Notes: generated by a model not told the origin, from the sequence alone. Shown: positions 1-9,208, counted from the stretch's first letter. The stretch: 24,000 nt of DNA from Carnobacterium sp. 17-4 (GCF_000195575.1 NC_015391.1:1576363-1600362); one strand, 5' to 3'. Program-made: numbers and translations.

Positions 1-288
1 TCTATTTTTATTTTTTGACATTTCCAATAAGGTTTGGAGTACATCCTCCTTAATCTTTTTTTTATTCATATAACTTCTAGTAAAAACTACTTTCTGATCT
101 TTAGTAAATATGTCGGCAAATTCTTTAACTGTAATAAATAAATCAGCGTCTTTACCTATAGCAGCATTTGAATCGATTGATTCCACTTCAATTTCTATAC
201 CATTATCTTTCGCTAACTCTTCAACTTTCATTTTCAGCATTAAACTACTGCCAATACCATTTCCACATACAGTAACAACTTTTAACAT
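1..288 (-). CDS. PTS sugar transporter subunit EIIB (Lac/ascorbate-galactitol type); the 3' end runs off the window
   Basis: Absent from the ORF track because there is no stop codon in the window. The minus-strand ATG at 288-286 follows an AAGGAGGAAG RBS, 17 nt after the upstream gene's stop. All 96 codons down to position 1 are open: MLKVVTVCGNGIGSSLMLKMKVEELAKDNGIEIEVESIDSNAAIGKDADLFITVKEF... The N-terminal strand-Cys-Gly-rich loop (VCGNGIGSS) is the EIIB phospho-cysteine hallmark. Confidence 0.8.
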   Translation of the reverse strand, partial: MLKVVTVCGNGIGSSLMLKMKVEELAKDNGIEIEVESIDSNAAIGKDADLFITVKEFADIFTKDQKVVFTRSYMNKKKIKEDVLQTLLEMSKNKNR

Positions 289-305
289 ACCTAACTTCCT
301 CCTTG

Positions 306-2355
306 TTATCTCTCTAAAATTTCGTTTATTTTATTAAATAACTCTCTAGCATTTGTTGCATCAATTAATTCAGTAATATTTTCTTCATCTTCTAGGATTT
401 TAGATAATTGCTTTAAAGCTTTTAAATGACCTGTACTGTCCACAGCAGCAAGTATAAATATTAGTTTAACTTCTTTATCTTCATCGTATTCACTATCCAT
501 ATTGAAATCTACTGGTTGGTCAAGATGCAGCAAACTTACACCTAATTTTGCTACACCTTCTTCAGGTCTAGCATGAGGAACAGCCACTTTCGGAGCTAAA
601 ACAATGTATGCTCCCATCTTTTTTACCATGCTGATCATTGCATTAATATAATTTCCATTAATGTATCCTTCTTTTAAAAGAGGGTCAGCAGCTATTGAAA
701 TAGCCTCTTGCCATTCCATTTTTTTATTAGTGAATTTTATTAAGTCTTCCTGTAATAACTCTGTCAAGTTTTTACCTCCTTCATAATTTCTATCAGTTTC
801 ATAGAGAATGTTAGAAATACTTTCATAAAGTTCTTTTCTATTTTCAATTGTTGCATGTTGTTCGATTGCTTTTATTAATTTTTGTATATCTAAATTTTGG
901 ATTCCAACTTCAATATCAAAATTTTGGCTTACTTCAGTCTTCAGGATCTCTTGTTCTACTTTATTTAAAATTGGCTTCGTTAAAAAAAGTTGCTTCTCTG
1001 TTTGAAAATATGTTGTAGAAAAAACCATATCGTAATCTTCTATACGTAATGCTTTTGCTTCCTCCAAACTATGCACACTACTAAATACAATCGAAGGAAA
1101 TAACTCTTTCAATTGTGTTCTCATAATTAAAGAAGAACTTATTCCGTTTGGACAAATAGACAACCCTTTATAAGTTCTTTTTTCTTCCCTATTTAGAGAC
1201 AAAAAGCCACCAAAATGTACTGTAAAGTAAGCTACTTCGTCTTCTGGTATTGCTTTACCAGTAAGTTCTGCTAAAGGTTCTAATCCTTTCTCAACTAAGT
1301 AATATAATTCATTGTATTCTTCCATTATTTGAGCTGTATATGGGTTTTTAGAAACAATATCGAATTTTATTCTGAAGTAAGCTGGCACTAAGTGTTCAAA
1401 AAGATTATCAAATAATTCTTTTGGATTTTCAAAGACGATACCCGTAATAGCTTGAACTCTTGCAATAATATTTTTTGTAACTTCTTTAAAAAATTCTTCT
1501 TCGTAAACCTTTTCATTTCCCTGAAGAGCACTCAACAACCTTATTGTTATATATATTTTTTCTTTTTCACAATTTTTATAAAAAATATCTTTTACAATAA
1601 AATGACTCATTTTGTATAAAGGGTGTTGTTCTAAATACTTTATATCTTTATCATCAAAATTAAGCTTAAATGAATTTTTTCTTTTCTGTAAAAAATCAAA
1701 AAAGTAAATAACTTCTTTTATTCTATCGTAGGTAAAGGTCACATTGTATTCTTTCGAAAGCTTTATAATCACTTTATTAATTATTTCTTTATTAGACGTG
1801 TATTCCCAAGATTCAAAAATATAGTTAATTAACCATTCTCCAATGGTTAAAGATAATATTTTTCCTATCGAATAAGAAACTAAGCTTCTTATATCATATT
1901 CTTCTCCTTTCAATTCGTAGCCACTATTTCTACTATAAATCAAATCAATTTTGTATCTTTCACAAATTTCTTTCACTTTCCTTAGATCCAATAACACTGA
2001 GTTTTTACTTAACTGAAGGAATTCTTGGTAATGATTATTGGAAATAATATCCGTTTTTATAAACGTGTATAAAATAATCATGTATACCCTTTCATCTTGT
2101 AAAATTAAATCTTTCTTTCGTAGTTTCTTCTTTTCAGCTTTCCATGCTACTTTTGATTCTTCAGAAAAAATAACTTTTTCATCTTCTAAAACTATTTCTG
2201 GAATTTTCATCATTATAAATTCAGAGTTAATTTTATTAAGCTCCTGCCAAAATTTTTTTTTTAGTAATTTGAAGAATACCTGAAATATTTGATACAGACC
2301 GTCCATCATTTTCCATCAAAGAATGAATAAAAAAAACTGACTCATTATTTAACAT
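306..2355 (-). CDS. PRD-domain PTS-controlled transcriptional regulator (MtlR/LicR/BglG family: HTH, PRD1, PRD2, EIIB-Gat-like, EIIA-Mtl-like), interrupted by a 1-nt frameshift in an A10 tract; possibly a pseudogene
   Basis: The 667-aa ORF (306-2309) carries PRD-like segments (AYFTVHFGG). It also has an EIIB-like Cys loop (GLSICPNGISSSLIM) and a C-terminal EIIA-2 domain with the PHARPE histidine motif. The likely real start is the ATG at 2355, behind AAAGGAGAAGAGT, giving MLNNESVFFIHSLMENDGRSVSNISGILQITKKK (HTH-like). That frame leaves the main frame at T10/A10 (2253-2262). The span 2355 to 306 is 2050 nt, which is 3n+1. Confidence 0.8.
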
Positions 2356-2557
2356 ACTCTTCTCCTTTCATTTATCATCTTATGATAAAACGCTTACTTT
2401 TAAAACCATTATTGGGCCCTAGTTTATAGACTCACTTTTGGGACCAATAGTGCTTAAGTGAATTTTAGGGTAATGAATAAACTTGAATGCTTCCTATAAA
2501 TAATGTTACTACATTTACTACAAAGTTATCTGAAACAACAAATTAATATCTATACTT

Positions 2558-2869
2558 CGTCCAATGTATATGAACTTAGAGAACCTTTAATTTTTTTTGG
2601 ATACTAAATTAATTAATTGAGCTTTTTTGATCATAGAAGAAGGACCTATTGATTATTTAGATTTTAAATATACAGCCATCGAACATATGGTAAAAAAATA
2701 TGTTCAGCAATTGCTAGAAATAAATGATGTATTTCTGAGCTTGGCAAATACAATAGCTATAGTCGTGCCTAAAAATGTGTTTGCTACTGGTCATGTTTTA
2801 ATATGCGAGACTACATCAGAAAAAGCTGCTCTGTCTCCTAAACAATTAGTAAATCATTATTTTTCATAA
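2558..2869 (+). pseudogene. Decayed C-terminal remnant of an amidase-signature-like gene, paralog of the CDS at 11123-12169
   Basis: The ORF at 2627-2869 (LIIEEGPIDYLDF..AIVVPKNVFATGHVLICETTSEK..LVNHYFS) aligns by eye with the C-terminus of the 348-aa protein (LISEEGPVDYHGF..AIVVPKKEFATGYVLICESTTEK..LITHYFT). The same frame continues upstream to about 2558 (RPMYMNLENL*FFLDTKLIN*AFL versus HPVIYGPRNPLITFLKAHLTSCDFL), with in-frame stops at 2588-2590 and 2618-2620. No N-terminal catalytic half is present. Confidence 0.7.
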
Positions 2870-2972
2870 AAGTTTAAGCTATTAGTTTTCAATAATAAAA
2901 ATACCCGAGAGAGTTAAATTATTAGCTGCTCTAGGGTATTTTAAAAAAAATTTCACTTGTTTATTATATTAC

Positions 2973-3378
2973 TTAGTGTTCAAATACATTTAAATCCGCT
3001 TTTAAATAATCAATTGCTCTTTTCAATCTTTCTAATCCATCTATTACCTTTTCTTTGGAGCACCCTATATTCATTCTCAGAAAATCTGGGCCGCCATAAA
3101 TCGACCCATCCATAATGGCAACTCCACCTATGTTAACTAAGGCTTGCTGAATCTCCTCCATTTTAAAAGGGAATTCACTTATGTCTAGCCAAGCTAAAAA
3201 TGTTGATTCTGGAATAGTGAACTTAATCTCCGGAATTTTTTGTTTCAAGTAATCAAACGTAAAATTCATTTTTCAGAGATATACACATTCAATTCATTAA
3301 CGCATAAGATCCTATCAACCCAGAAGTATTAAAGGTTTTACTGGTTGAGGTACAAATAGCAACATTCTTTAATCCCTC
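2973..3378 (-). pseudogene. Remnant of a PLP-dependent aminotransferase class I/II gene (PatB/MalY-type cystathionine beta-lyase) with the 5' part missing and an internal deletion
   Basis: The 98-aa ORF 2973-3269 matches the C-terminus of PatB/MalY-type enzymes (TFLAWLDISEF...FLRMNIGCSKEKVIDGLERLKRAI). Just upstream in another frame, about 3290-3375 reads GLKNVAICTSTSKTFNTSGLIGSYALMN*, the SxSKTFN PLP-lysine motif. About 100 aa between the two pieces and the whole N-terminal part are missing. Confidence 0.7.
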
Positions 3379-3402
3379 TCTTTATCCCATAGATAAACTT
3401 AT

Positions 3403-3444
3403 AAAACCATACACCTCTCACTACAATAAGAGTTGTATGGTTTT
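3403..3444 (-). terminator. Rho-independent terminator-like hairpin downstream of yhfW
   Basis: AAAACCATACA (3403-3413) and TGTATGGTTTT (3434-3444) are perfect 11-nt inverted repeats starting 9 nt after the stop at 3453. On the minus-strand RNA the 3' arm ends in UUUU followed by AU-rich sequence. Confidence 0.55.
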
Positions 3445-3452
3445 CCATCAAA

Positions 3453-4664
3453 TTATCTTAATTTCCCTAAAAATGATTCGCCATGTTGTGGCTTCTTAAC
3501 GCCAAAATACTCTGCTGCTGTAGCGGCAACATCTGACATCGTTTCTCTTTCTCCTATTTCTCTTCCTTCAAGTCCTTTACGGTAAATCAGCAGTGGAACT
3601 CGTTCTCTAGTATGTTGACTATGTCCAATAGTTGGATCATTTCCGTGATCAGCCATAACTATTAAAAGATCTTCTTCATCTAACCGTTTCATTACCTCAC
3701 CAATATTTGTATCGCTTACTTCCAAACGATCAGCATAACGATTAACGTCTTCTCCGTGCCCTGCTAAATCAGTTTCTTGTACGTTCAAACAGATAAAACC
3801 ATTGTCCATCTCGCTTATCTCTTGCAATGAGGAATTGAACAATTGCTGTGTATCGACACCAGGATAGAGGTGAGTACTTGAAGTCTGAATGATATCCGCT
3901 GCTTTACCGATCAATGCCACTGGAATGTTTTGATGATTCAAAATCGTTGGAATTTGTACCTCAGGGTTTATCCCGTATCCCAAATGAATAACTTGATACC
4001 CTTGATCGTATACGCCGGACTCCGGAGCATCCACACCAGCAAATTTATTTTGTTTCACTTTTCTGGCTTTCAATAAATCATTCAACACAATATGTTCTCC
4101 ACCAAATACTATTACACGTGATACTTTTACCACTTCACGGATAGCTCTGCCTACCCGTTTGACTTCTTCAAAAGGCATAATATCAAGGCAAGCTGATACA
4201 TTATATACTTGCCCTAAATCTGTCTCTAAATTGTCTCCAACAGTTGCACATTCGTTGATGACTAAGATTTTAGGTTCAGAATTTTTTCCTTCGCGCCGAA
4301 CAGAATAGCCTTTTTTTACCAATTGTTGTTCTACTTCATCAATTACTTCATTAAAAGGCATATTAAAAGGAATCGGAGGGGTTGTGCCCATAATTTCCTG
4401 ATGCCCTAGAAAAGAATCCGCACCTTGATGAGCTAAATTAGAAGTTCCCCAATTAGCTTTTTTTGATTTTTTCAGTTTTTCTGTTTCTTTACCAATGGCA
4501 TTCATTAAACCTAATCTAACTAAATTTTTTATTTGAATGTCTGGTTTCCTTTCAATAATATGATAGGCCGTGTTACTTCCCACATCTTCTGGACGAACTT
4601 TGGATACATCATTCATATACCCTACTCCAAAGCTATCTAGTACGATGACGATAAATTTACCCAT
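3453..4664 (-). CDS. yhfW: YhfW-like phosphopentomutase-family metalloenzyme (alkaline-phosphatase superfamily)
   Basis: 403 aa. The N-terminus MGKFIVIVLDSFGVGYM is the DeoB/metalloenzyme metal-binding start, and the C-terminal part has MADHGNDPTIGHSQHTRERVPLL. The RBS GAGAGGGTGA overlaps the end of yhfX (4-nt gap). Position within a yhf-type cluster supports the call. Confidence 0.85.
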   Translation of the reverse strand: MGKFIVIVLDSFGVGYMNDVSKVRPEDVGSNTAYHIIERKPDIQIKNLVRLGLMNAIGKETEKLKKSKKANWGTSNLAHQGADSFLGHQEIMGTTPPIPFNMPFNEVIDEVEQQLVKKGYSVRREGKNSEPKILVINECATVGDNLETDLGQVYNVSACLDIMPFEEVKRVGRAIREVVKVSRVIVFGGEHIVLNDLLKARKVKQNKFAGVDAPESGVYDQGYQVIHLGYGINPEVQIPTILNHQNIPVALIGKAADIIQTSSTHLYPGVDTQQLFNSSLQEISEMDNGFICLNVQETDLAGHGEDVNRYADRLEVSDTNIGEVMKRLDEEDLLIVMADHGNDPTIGHSQHTRERVPLLIYRKGLEGREIGERETMSDVAATAAEYFGVKKPQHGESFLGKLR

Positions 4665-4668
4665 TTTT

Positions 4669-5826
4669 TCACCCTCTCAAATAGTTGCCTTGACTATCGT
4701 ATATACCTTCTATTGTTGGTTTGCCTTCTTGTATGCCACTCACTAAAGCAACTTCACTTCTCGTCACAAAAATTTGTGTCCGAAAGGCCATAATAGCTGT
4801 AGCACCAATGGGTTCTGTTTCATCAATTTCTAAATAATAATCAATATTCTCATCTGAAAGAGCATTTATATGAGCTTCTGTTTGTTTTCCATGATTATCA
4901 ATTAAAACATTTTTCAGGTGCCCTCTTCTGTAAAATCCACCGCCAAAAAGGTAACCTTTTCTTTTAAAGTTATGGGAAACTTCACTTACATAAACCATTG
5001 CTGGTTTTTCAGCTAATTCTTTTTCAGCATGCATGGGTGTTGTACCTGTTAACGCATGTCCTGGCTCCCCCTGTGTGCCCCCTATTTTTTTGATGAATGG
5101 AAGTGTGTATACAGAAGTAGCTGAAGGGATATTCAATTCTTGGATAGTGATTCCTTCTTTTTCAAGTAATTTTTTAGCCGCTTTTACAGTTTCTGTATTA
5201 TGCGTCGGTTCCAATATTTCTTTTTCAGCATTATATAAAAAACATGGAAATGAAGTTACTCCTGAGATTTCAATATATTTTAATTCCTTGAACAAGCTGA
5301 TTAACGAAGGCAACTCTTTAAGTGTAAAGCCTCCGTATTGTCCAGGATAAAGTTCGTCTTCATCGCTTACTACTCTTAATAAAATCTTTTGCTTAATGCC
5401 TATTTCTTTTGCCAAACCATTAATAGCTTGTAATTTTTCTAGTGAATAAACGGTTAAATATTTTGAGCCATACATCATGATATCTTTCAGTAACATCTGT
5501 GGAATTTGCACGAGGTGGCCTACATTTCCCAAAGGAATATTATTTTCCATCATAATCTTTGCTTCTCGAAAATCCACTACCACAGCATTCTTTATTCCTA
5601 ATTCAACCAACATTTTTGCAATAGTCGGATTTCTTCCAATTTGTTTAAGCATAAAAAATAGTTCAATATCATTTTTCTTCGCTGTCTCTATTAATTTCTT
5701 GGCATTTTCACGGATAATATCTAAATCAAGCACATACGTATCTGGAAGAATTTTTTCTGATTGATGCAGCGTTATGGCTTCTTGGATAAGTTTAGGATTT
5801 CTTTTTTTGACAACATCCATAAACAT
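4669..5826 (-). CDS. yhfX: YhfX-like fold-type III PLP protein (alanine racemase N-terminal domain family)
   Basis: 385 aa. MFMDVVKKRNPKLIQEAITLHQSEKILPDTYVLDLD... closely parallels my recollection of E. coli YhfX (MFLDVVRRHNPALI...). The candidate PLP lysine sits in FMLKQIGRNP. The conserved tail reads FRTQIFVTRSEVALVSGI. RBS AGGGGGGA. Confidence 0.85.
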   Translation of the reverse strand: MFMDVVKKRNPKLIQEAITLHQSEKILPDTYVLDLDIIRENAKKLIETAKKNDIELFFMLKQIGRNPTIAKMLVELGIKNAVVVDFREAKIMMENNIPLGNVGHLVQIPQMLLKDIMMYGSKYLTVYSLEKLQAINGLAKEIGIKQKILLRVVSDEDELYPGQYGGFTLKELPSLISLFKELKYIEISGVTSFPCFLYNAEKEILEPTHNTETVKAAKKLLEKEGITIQELNIPSATSVYTLPFIKKIGGTQGEPGHALTGTTPMHAEKELAEKPAMVYVSEVSHNFKRKGYLFGGGFYRRGHLKNVLIDNHGKQTEAHINALSDENIDYYLEIDETEPIGATAIMAFRTQIFVTRSEVALVSGIQEGKPTIEGIYDSQGNYLRG

Positions 5827-5848
5827 GCTTTTCCCCCCTAAACTTCTA

Positions 5849-6196
5849 TTAATGATTCAATAATGTTACCAAATGCAAATGAAAATATTCTGCCTCATTT
5901 TCTCTAAAAGAAACTGGGGCTAATGCTGCAATTTTATTCCAGTAGTTTAAAGCTTCGTCATATTTTTGATCCGCTTTTATTTGTTCATTTATCATTTGAT
6001 CTACCGAATTAATTGTTTCTTCTGTATATTGTCGTGCAGTTGCCATCACTAAATGAGTAATAAAAGTATCTGCTTCATCTTCATTACTAATGATATTTTG
6101 AGCTTTCATAAATTTCAACACTTCTTGCGCATAATCATATACTGAATCATTGATTACATTATTCTCTCTTAAAATCGTTAGTTTTTCTTGAATCAT
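5849..6196 (-). CDS. yhfY: YhfY-like stand-alone PRD-domain protein
   Basis: 115 aa with the two PRD-type histidine contexts (FITHLVMATAR and EYFHLHLVTL) and no DNA- or RNA-binding domain. RBS AAGGAGAG sits 9 nt upstream. The gene lies between yhfZ and yhfX, as in E. coli. Confidence 0.8.
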   Translation of the reverse strand: MIQEKLTILRENNVINDSVYDYAQEVLKFMKAQNIISNEDEADTFITHLVMATARQYTEETINSVDQMINEQIKADQKYDEALNYWNKIAALAPVSFRENEAEYFHLHLVTLLNH

Positions 6197-6213
6197 CTTA
6201 AAGATCTCTCCTT

Positions 6214-7137
6214 TTAATAACGAGGTGTCATTAACCCATTTTTTATTTTATTTTGAGTTTCCAACATTTTTTCTACTTCTATGTTCTTTCTACAAATAGA
6301 TTCAATGACTAAGTTATCTTTTTGGCAAATAATGACAGCTTCGTTCATAGCTTTGTGTTGTTCTTTCAAAGAAATGAATTGAACATTTAAATCTTCATAG
6401 TTTTTATCTATAATTTCATCATAGTTCCAAATACCGGCATCAATCTGATTTTCCCGTAAGGCATAAATCAACTGGTTAGCTGGAACCTCTACCAGCTCTA
6501 CATTTTTTCCTTCTATATGTTCATTTGTCAACATAAGGTGATCTAGTGAATCTCTGTCAATGCCAACTCTCATACCATCAATAATGGACTCATGTTTCTT
6601 TGAAGCCAATAACAAAACATGTTCTGAAAGGTATGATTTTGGTCCAAACCTTAAAGCTATATCAATAGTTCCATTTGTCCTTATCTCATGTTCGGCAGCA
6701 AATCTAGAAACTACTGCCATATCATATAATCCCTTTTTAACAGCATCTATCCGATCTTCTGAACCACGAATATACACCATATTTAGCTTAATATCGCTTT
6801 CTTTAAAAGCTAAATAAAGACCTGTAGCAAAGCCTTCATAAAGTTTTGAGTAAGGTAATGGCATGGTAGCTGTTAATTGATCTTTAACAACATATGATTG
6901 AAGAATTTGATAATCCATTTTTTTGATATACGTTCCTAAATGCCCTTTACTTTCAGTTTCAATTGCACTTATTTCCTTTAAAAATGAAAGTGCATTTTGT
7001 ACGGTTCCTCTAGACAATTCATATTTTTCTTGCAGTTCACTGATATTGGGCATTCTGTCATCTTTTGATAGCAAAAATAATTCTGCTGCTACTTTCTCAA
7101 TAGCTAATCCTTTTTTTTGATAAAATGTTTCTTTCAT
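6214..7137 (-). CDS. yhfZ: YhfZ-like transcriptional regulator (GntR-type winged HTH plus a YhfZ C-terminal, periplasmic-binding-protein-like domain)
   Basis: 307 aa. The N-terminal wHTH reads MPNISELQEKYELSRGTVQNALSFLKE and is followed by a roughly 230-aa ligand-binding-like domain. RBS GAAAGGA. Cluster context supports the call. Confidence 0.8.
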   Translation of the reverse strand: MKETFYQKKGLAIEKVAAELFLLSKDDRMPNISELQEKYELSRGTVQNALSFLKEISAIETESKGHLGTYIKKMDYQILQSYVVKDQLTATMPLPYSKLYEGFATGLYLAFKESDIKLNMVYIRGSEDRIDAVKKGLYDMAVVSRFAAEHEIRTNGTIDIALRFGPKSYLSEHVLLLASKKHESIIDGMRVGIDRDSLDHLMLTNEHIEGKNVELVEVPANQLIYALRENQIDAGIWNYDEIIDKNYEDLNVQFISLKEQHKAMNEAVIICQKDNLVIESICRKNIEVEKMLETQNKIKNGLMTPRY

Positions 7138-7166
7138 AATGCTATGATCCTTTCAATTTCAAACTA

Positions 7167-8273
7167 TTACCTGCTTTGTTTAGATACAGCTATAATCGAT
7201 TCATGTAAAATCCTTATGATGGTTTCACTACCTGCTCGCATTGGGTTGATTCGAATCATGGTTCTTTCTGCATCTGGATTGGCTGCTCTAAAAGTTCCAG
7301 ATAAACGATAAAACATTGGTACAAACTCGTATTGTGATTCTGCTCCAACTGGATTAGGTGCTGCTCCCAGTTTTTCAGCTTCTTCTAGGACAGCACTTGC
7401 TATGGGTTCATCTAACTCAACTAAAATCACTTTCGATTGAGCATTAGCAATGTAGGCTTGTTTTACGCCCTTTACTTCTCCAGCATTCAAGCTATTTTTT
7501 ACTTCTTCAAGTACTTTAGCTGAGAGTGCTAGCGCTACTGGCGCATAAATCATTCCCCTCAAAACGTCGATTGCTTCATGACCTTGCACTTGCAATCCAC
7601 CAGAATAATTTTCTGCTTTCAATTTTTCAATAGCTTTTTCATTTCCAACGATACACCCAATTCCTTCAGGACCCAACAACTTAAAAGTCGAGAAACACGC
7701 TAAAGTAGCTCCCATTTGTGAGCCTATTTCCGGCGTTTTTAACACCGCGTAATTATCATCTGTTACAATTGGTGTATTTGGCAAGTAATTTTGGATACAC
7801 TGTATCACTTCTTTTGCATCATAAGAATCATCCGGTTTTTGGCGCGTAATCTGGATCAACACCCCATCAATAGCTTGATTTTTTAATGTGACTTGCAATT
7901 TTTCTAAATCATTAAAATCCGTTGCAATTGTTTTTAATCCCATAGTATCAATAGATACTTTTGTAGTCGGATAAACGGGAGCATCATGTACTAACAATGT
8001 ATCTCCAATATTCATTGTGGCATGTAAAGCCATTCGGATCGCCATAGTTCCTGCTCCGCGAACCAGCATCGTTGCTTCAGCATTAAAGTAATTCTCTAGA
8101 ACTTTTTCAACTTTGTTCGTTGTTCTAGGCTGATTTAAGCCAGGAATCACTCCTAAATCGCCACGAGTTAAAATATCGCTTCCTCTAAAGACTTTAGTGA
8201 TCTCATCAATTAAAGAAAATTGTTTTTTTGTAGCTTCTTCTATGTTTAAACTAGTAAGAGGATACGTCTTCAT
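7167..8273 (-). CDS. yhfS: YhfS-like fold-type I PLP-dependent enzyme
   Basis: 368 aa. MKTYPLTSLNIEEATKKQFSLIDE...LVHDAPVYPTT...DDNYAVLK...FSTFKLLGPEGIG...IANAQSKV...FYRLSGTFRAANP tracks my recollection of E. coli YhfS nearly motif for motif. The candidate PLP lysine is in STFKLLG. Confidence 0.85.
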   Translation of the reverse strand: MKTYPLTSLNIEEATKKQFSLIDEITKVFRGSDILTRGDLGVIPGLNQPRTTNKVEKVLENYFNAEATMLVRGAGTMAIRMALHATMNIGDTLLVHDAPVYPTTKVSIDTMGLKTIATDFNDLEKLQVTLKNQAIDGVLIQITRQKPDDSYDAKEVIQCIQNYLPNTPIVTDDNYAVLKTPEIGSQMGATLACFSTFKLLGPEGIGCIVGNEKAIEKLKAENYSGGLQVQGHEAIDVLRGMIYAPVALALSAKVLEEVKNSLNAGEVKGVKQAYIANAQSKVILVELDEPIASAVLEEAEKLGAAPNPVGAESQYEFVPMFYRLSGTFRAANPDAERTMIRINPMRAGSETIIRILHESIIAVSKQSR

Positions 8274-8299
8274 TTTTTCCCACCTTTTTTGTTAGTGCT

Positions 8300-9175
8300 T
8301 TATAAATAAAATTGTTGTGGATTTTTGATCAACATCTTCTCAACAAATAATTCTGAAATACCACCTTTTAAAATCATTGGGACAAAAGTATCCAATAAAT
8401 AAGAGTAACCAATGCCATTTTTATATTTCAGATTGGATTTCCTCGTTATATCCATTGATAAGAAAATTTTATCTGTAAATCCAGCTGCTTCTATCGCTAA
8501 TAGCATTTCCAGTCGTTTCTCATCTGGCATATAGTTTTCTTTTCCCACGGTGTCAAACTCAACATACACGCCTTCTTTCAGTAAAGACAACACGTAGTTA
8601 GAATCACCCGTTAAATCAACATGACCGATCACAACCTTTTTTAAATCAACTTTGTTCTCTTTAAAGAATTGAACTTGTTCTTTTCCATGAGTTCCTAGAG
8701 TTGTATGCGTCGTAATAGGAACTCCTGTCTGATGGTGGGCAATAACAGCTGCTTTAAAAACCTTATGTTCTCGTTCAGTCATTTGATTTTTACTTGTTGC
8801 AATTTCGCCTATTAACTCAGCTCGGCTATCAGTCCCATTTATTCCAACCGTAATATCTTGTATCATAACCTCTGCCATTTCTTCTACCGTATGTTCATCT
8901 ACAAAAGACGGAAGAAATTTATCTTGATACCATCCGGTTGACTGGATGATATTTATACCAGATAATTCACCAACTTTTTTCACATAATCTGGATTGCGAT
9001 TCATTCCCATCACAGTCACATCAATGATATTTCGAACGCCTTTTTTGTACAGTTCTTTATACTCTGCAACTGTCTCGTCAAAGCAATTCAAATTTGTATC
9101 TTCCGTTTTTTTTAAAGAAGATAAGTCTATTGTTGTATGTTCATGAGCATATGTTATTCCTTCTTTTAAAGGCAT
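8300..9175 (-). CDS. php: Phosphotriesterase homology protein (Php/YhfV), amidohydrolase superfamily
   Basis: 291 aa. All the binuclear-metal ligand contexts I recall from E. coli Php are visible: YAHEH, IGEIATS (a Glu at the bridging position), PITTHT, IGHVDL and LSMDITR. RBS GAGGAG. Confidence 0.9.
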   Translation of the reverse strand: MPLKEGITYAHEHTTIDLSSLKKTEDTNLNCFDETVAEYKELYKKGVRNIIDVTVMGMNRNPDYVKKVGELSGINIIQSTGWYQDKFLPSFVDEHTVEEMAEVMIQDITVGINGTDSRAELIGEIATSKNQMTEREHKVFKAAVIAHHQTGVPITTHTTLGTHGKEQVQFFKENKVDLKKVVIGHVDLTGDSNYVLSLLKEGVYVEFDTVGKENYMPDEKRLEMLLAIEAAGFTDKIFLSMDITRKSNLKYKNGIGYSYLLDTFVPMILKGGISELFVEKMLIKNPQQFYL

Positions 9176-9208
9176 GCCATCTCTCCTCTTTTTTCATTTA
9201 AAGATAAT

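Noticed and set aside
2217-2309. The N-terminus given by the ORF track for the 667-aa regulator (MMDGLYQIFQVFFKLLKKKFWQ...).
   Set aside because: The first roughly 16 residues are an out-of-frame reading of the HTH-encoding region. The ATG at 2355 has the real RBS, and its frame reads like a regulator N-terminus until the A10 tract.
2372-2388. The 7-bp inverted repeat TTATCAT-CTT-ATGATAA just upstream of the regulator RBS, considered as a possible operator or RAT-like element.
   Set aside because: It is short, entirely AT-rich and easily produced by chance in this composition. There is no second copy and no adjacent terminator to make an antitermination module.
3384-3392. A short similarity between the two module borders (ATCCCATAG at 3384-3392 versus ATCCCTTATAG at 12226-12236), considered as possible att-like direct repeats.
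   Set aside because: It is only about 9 nt with an indel and has no associated recombinase. It is well within chance expectation for a 24-kb AT-rich window.
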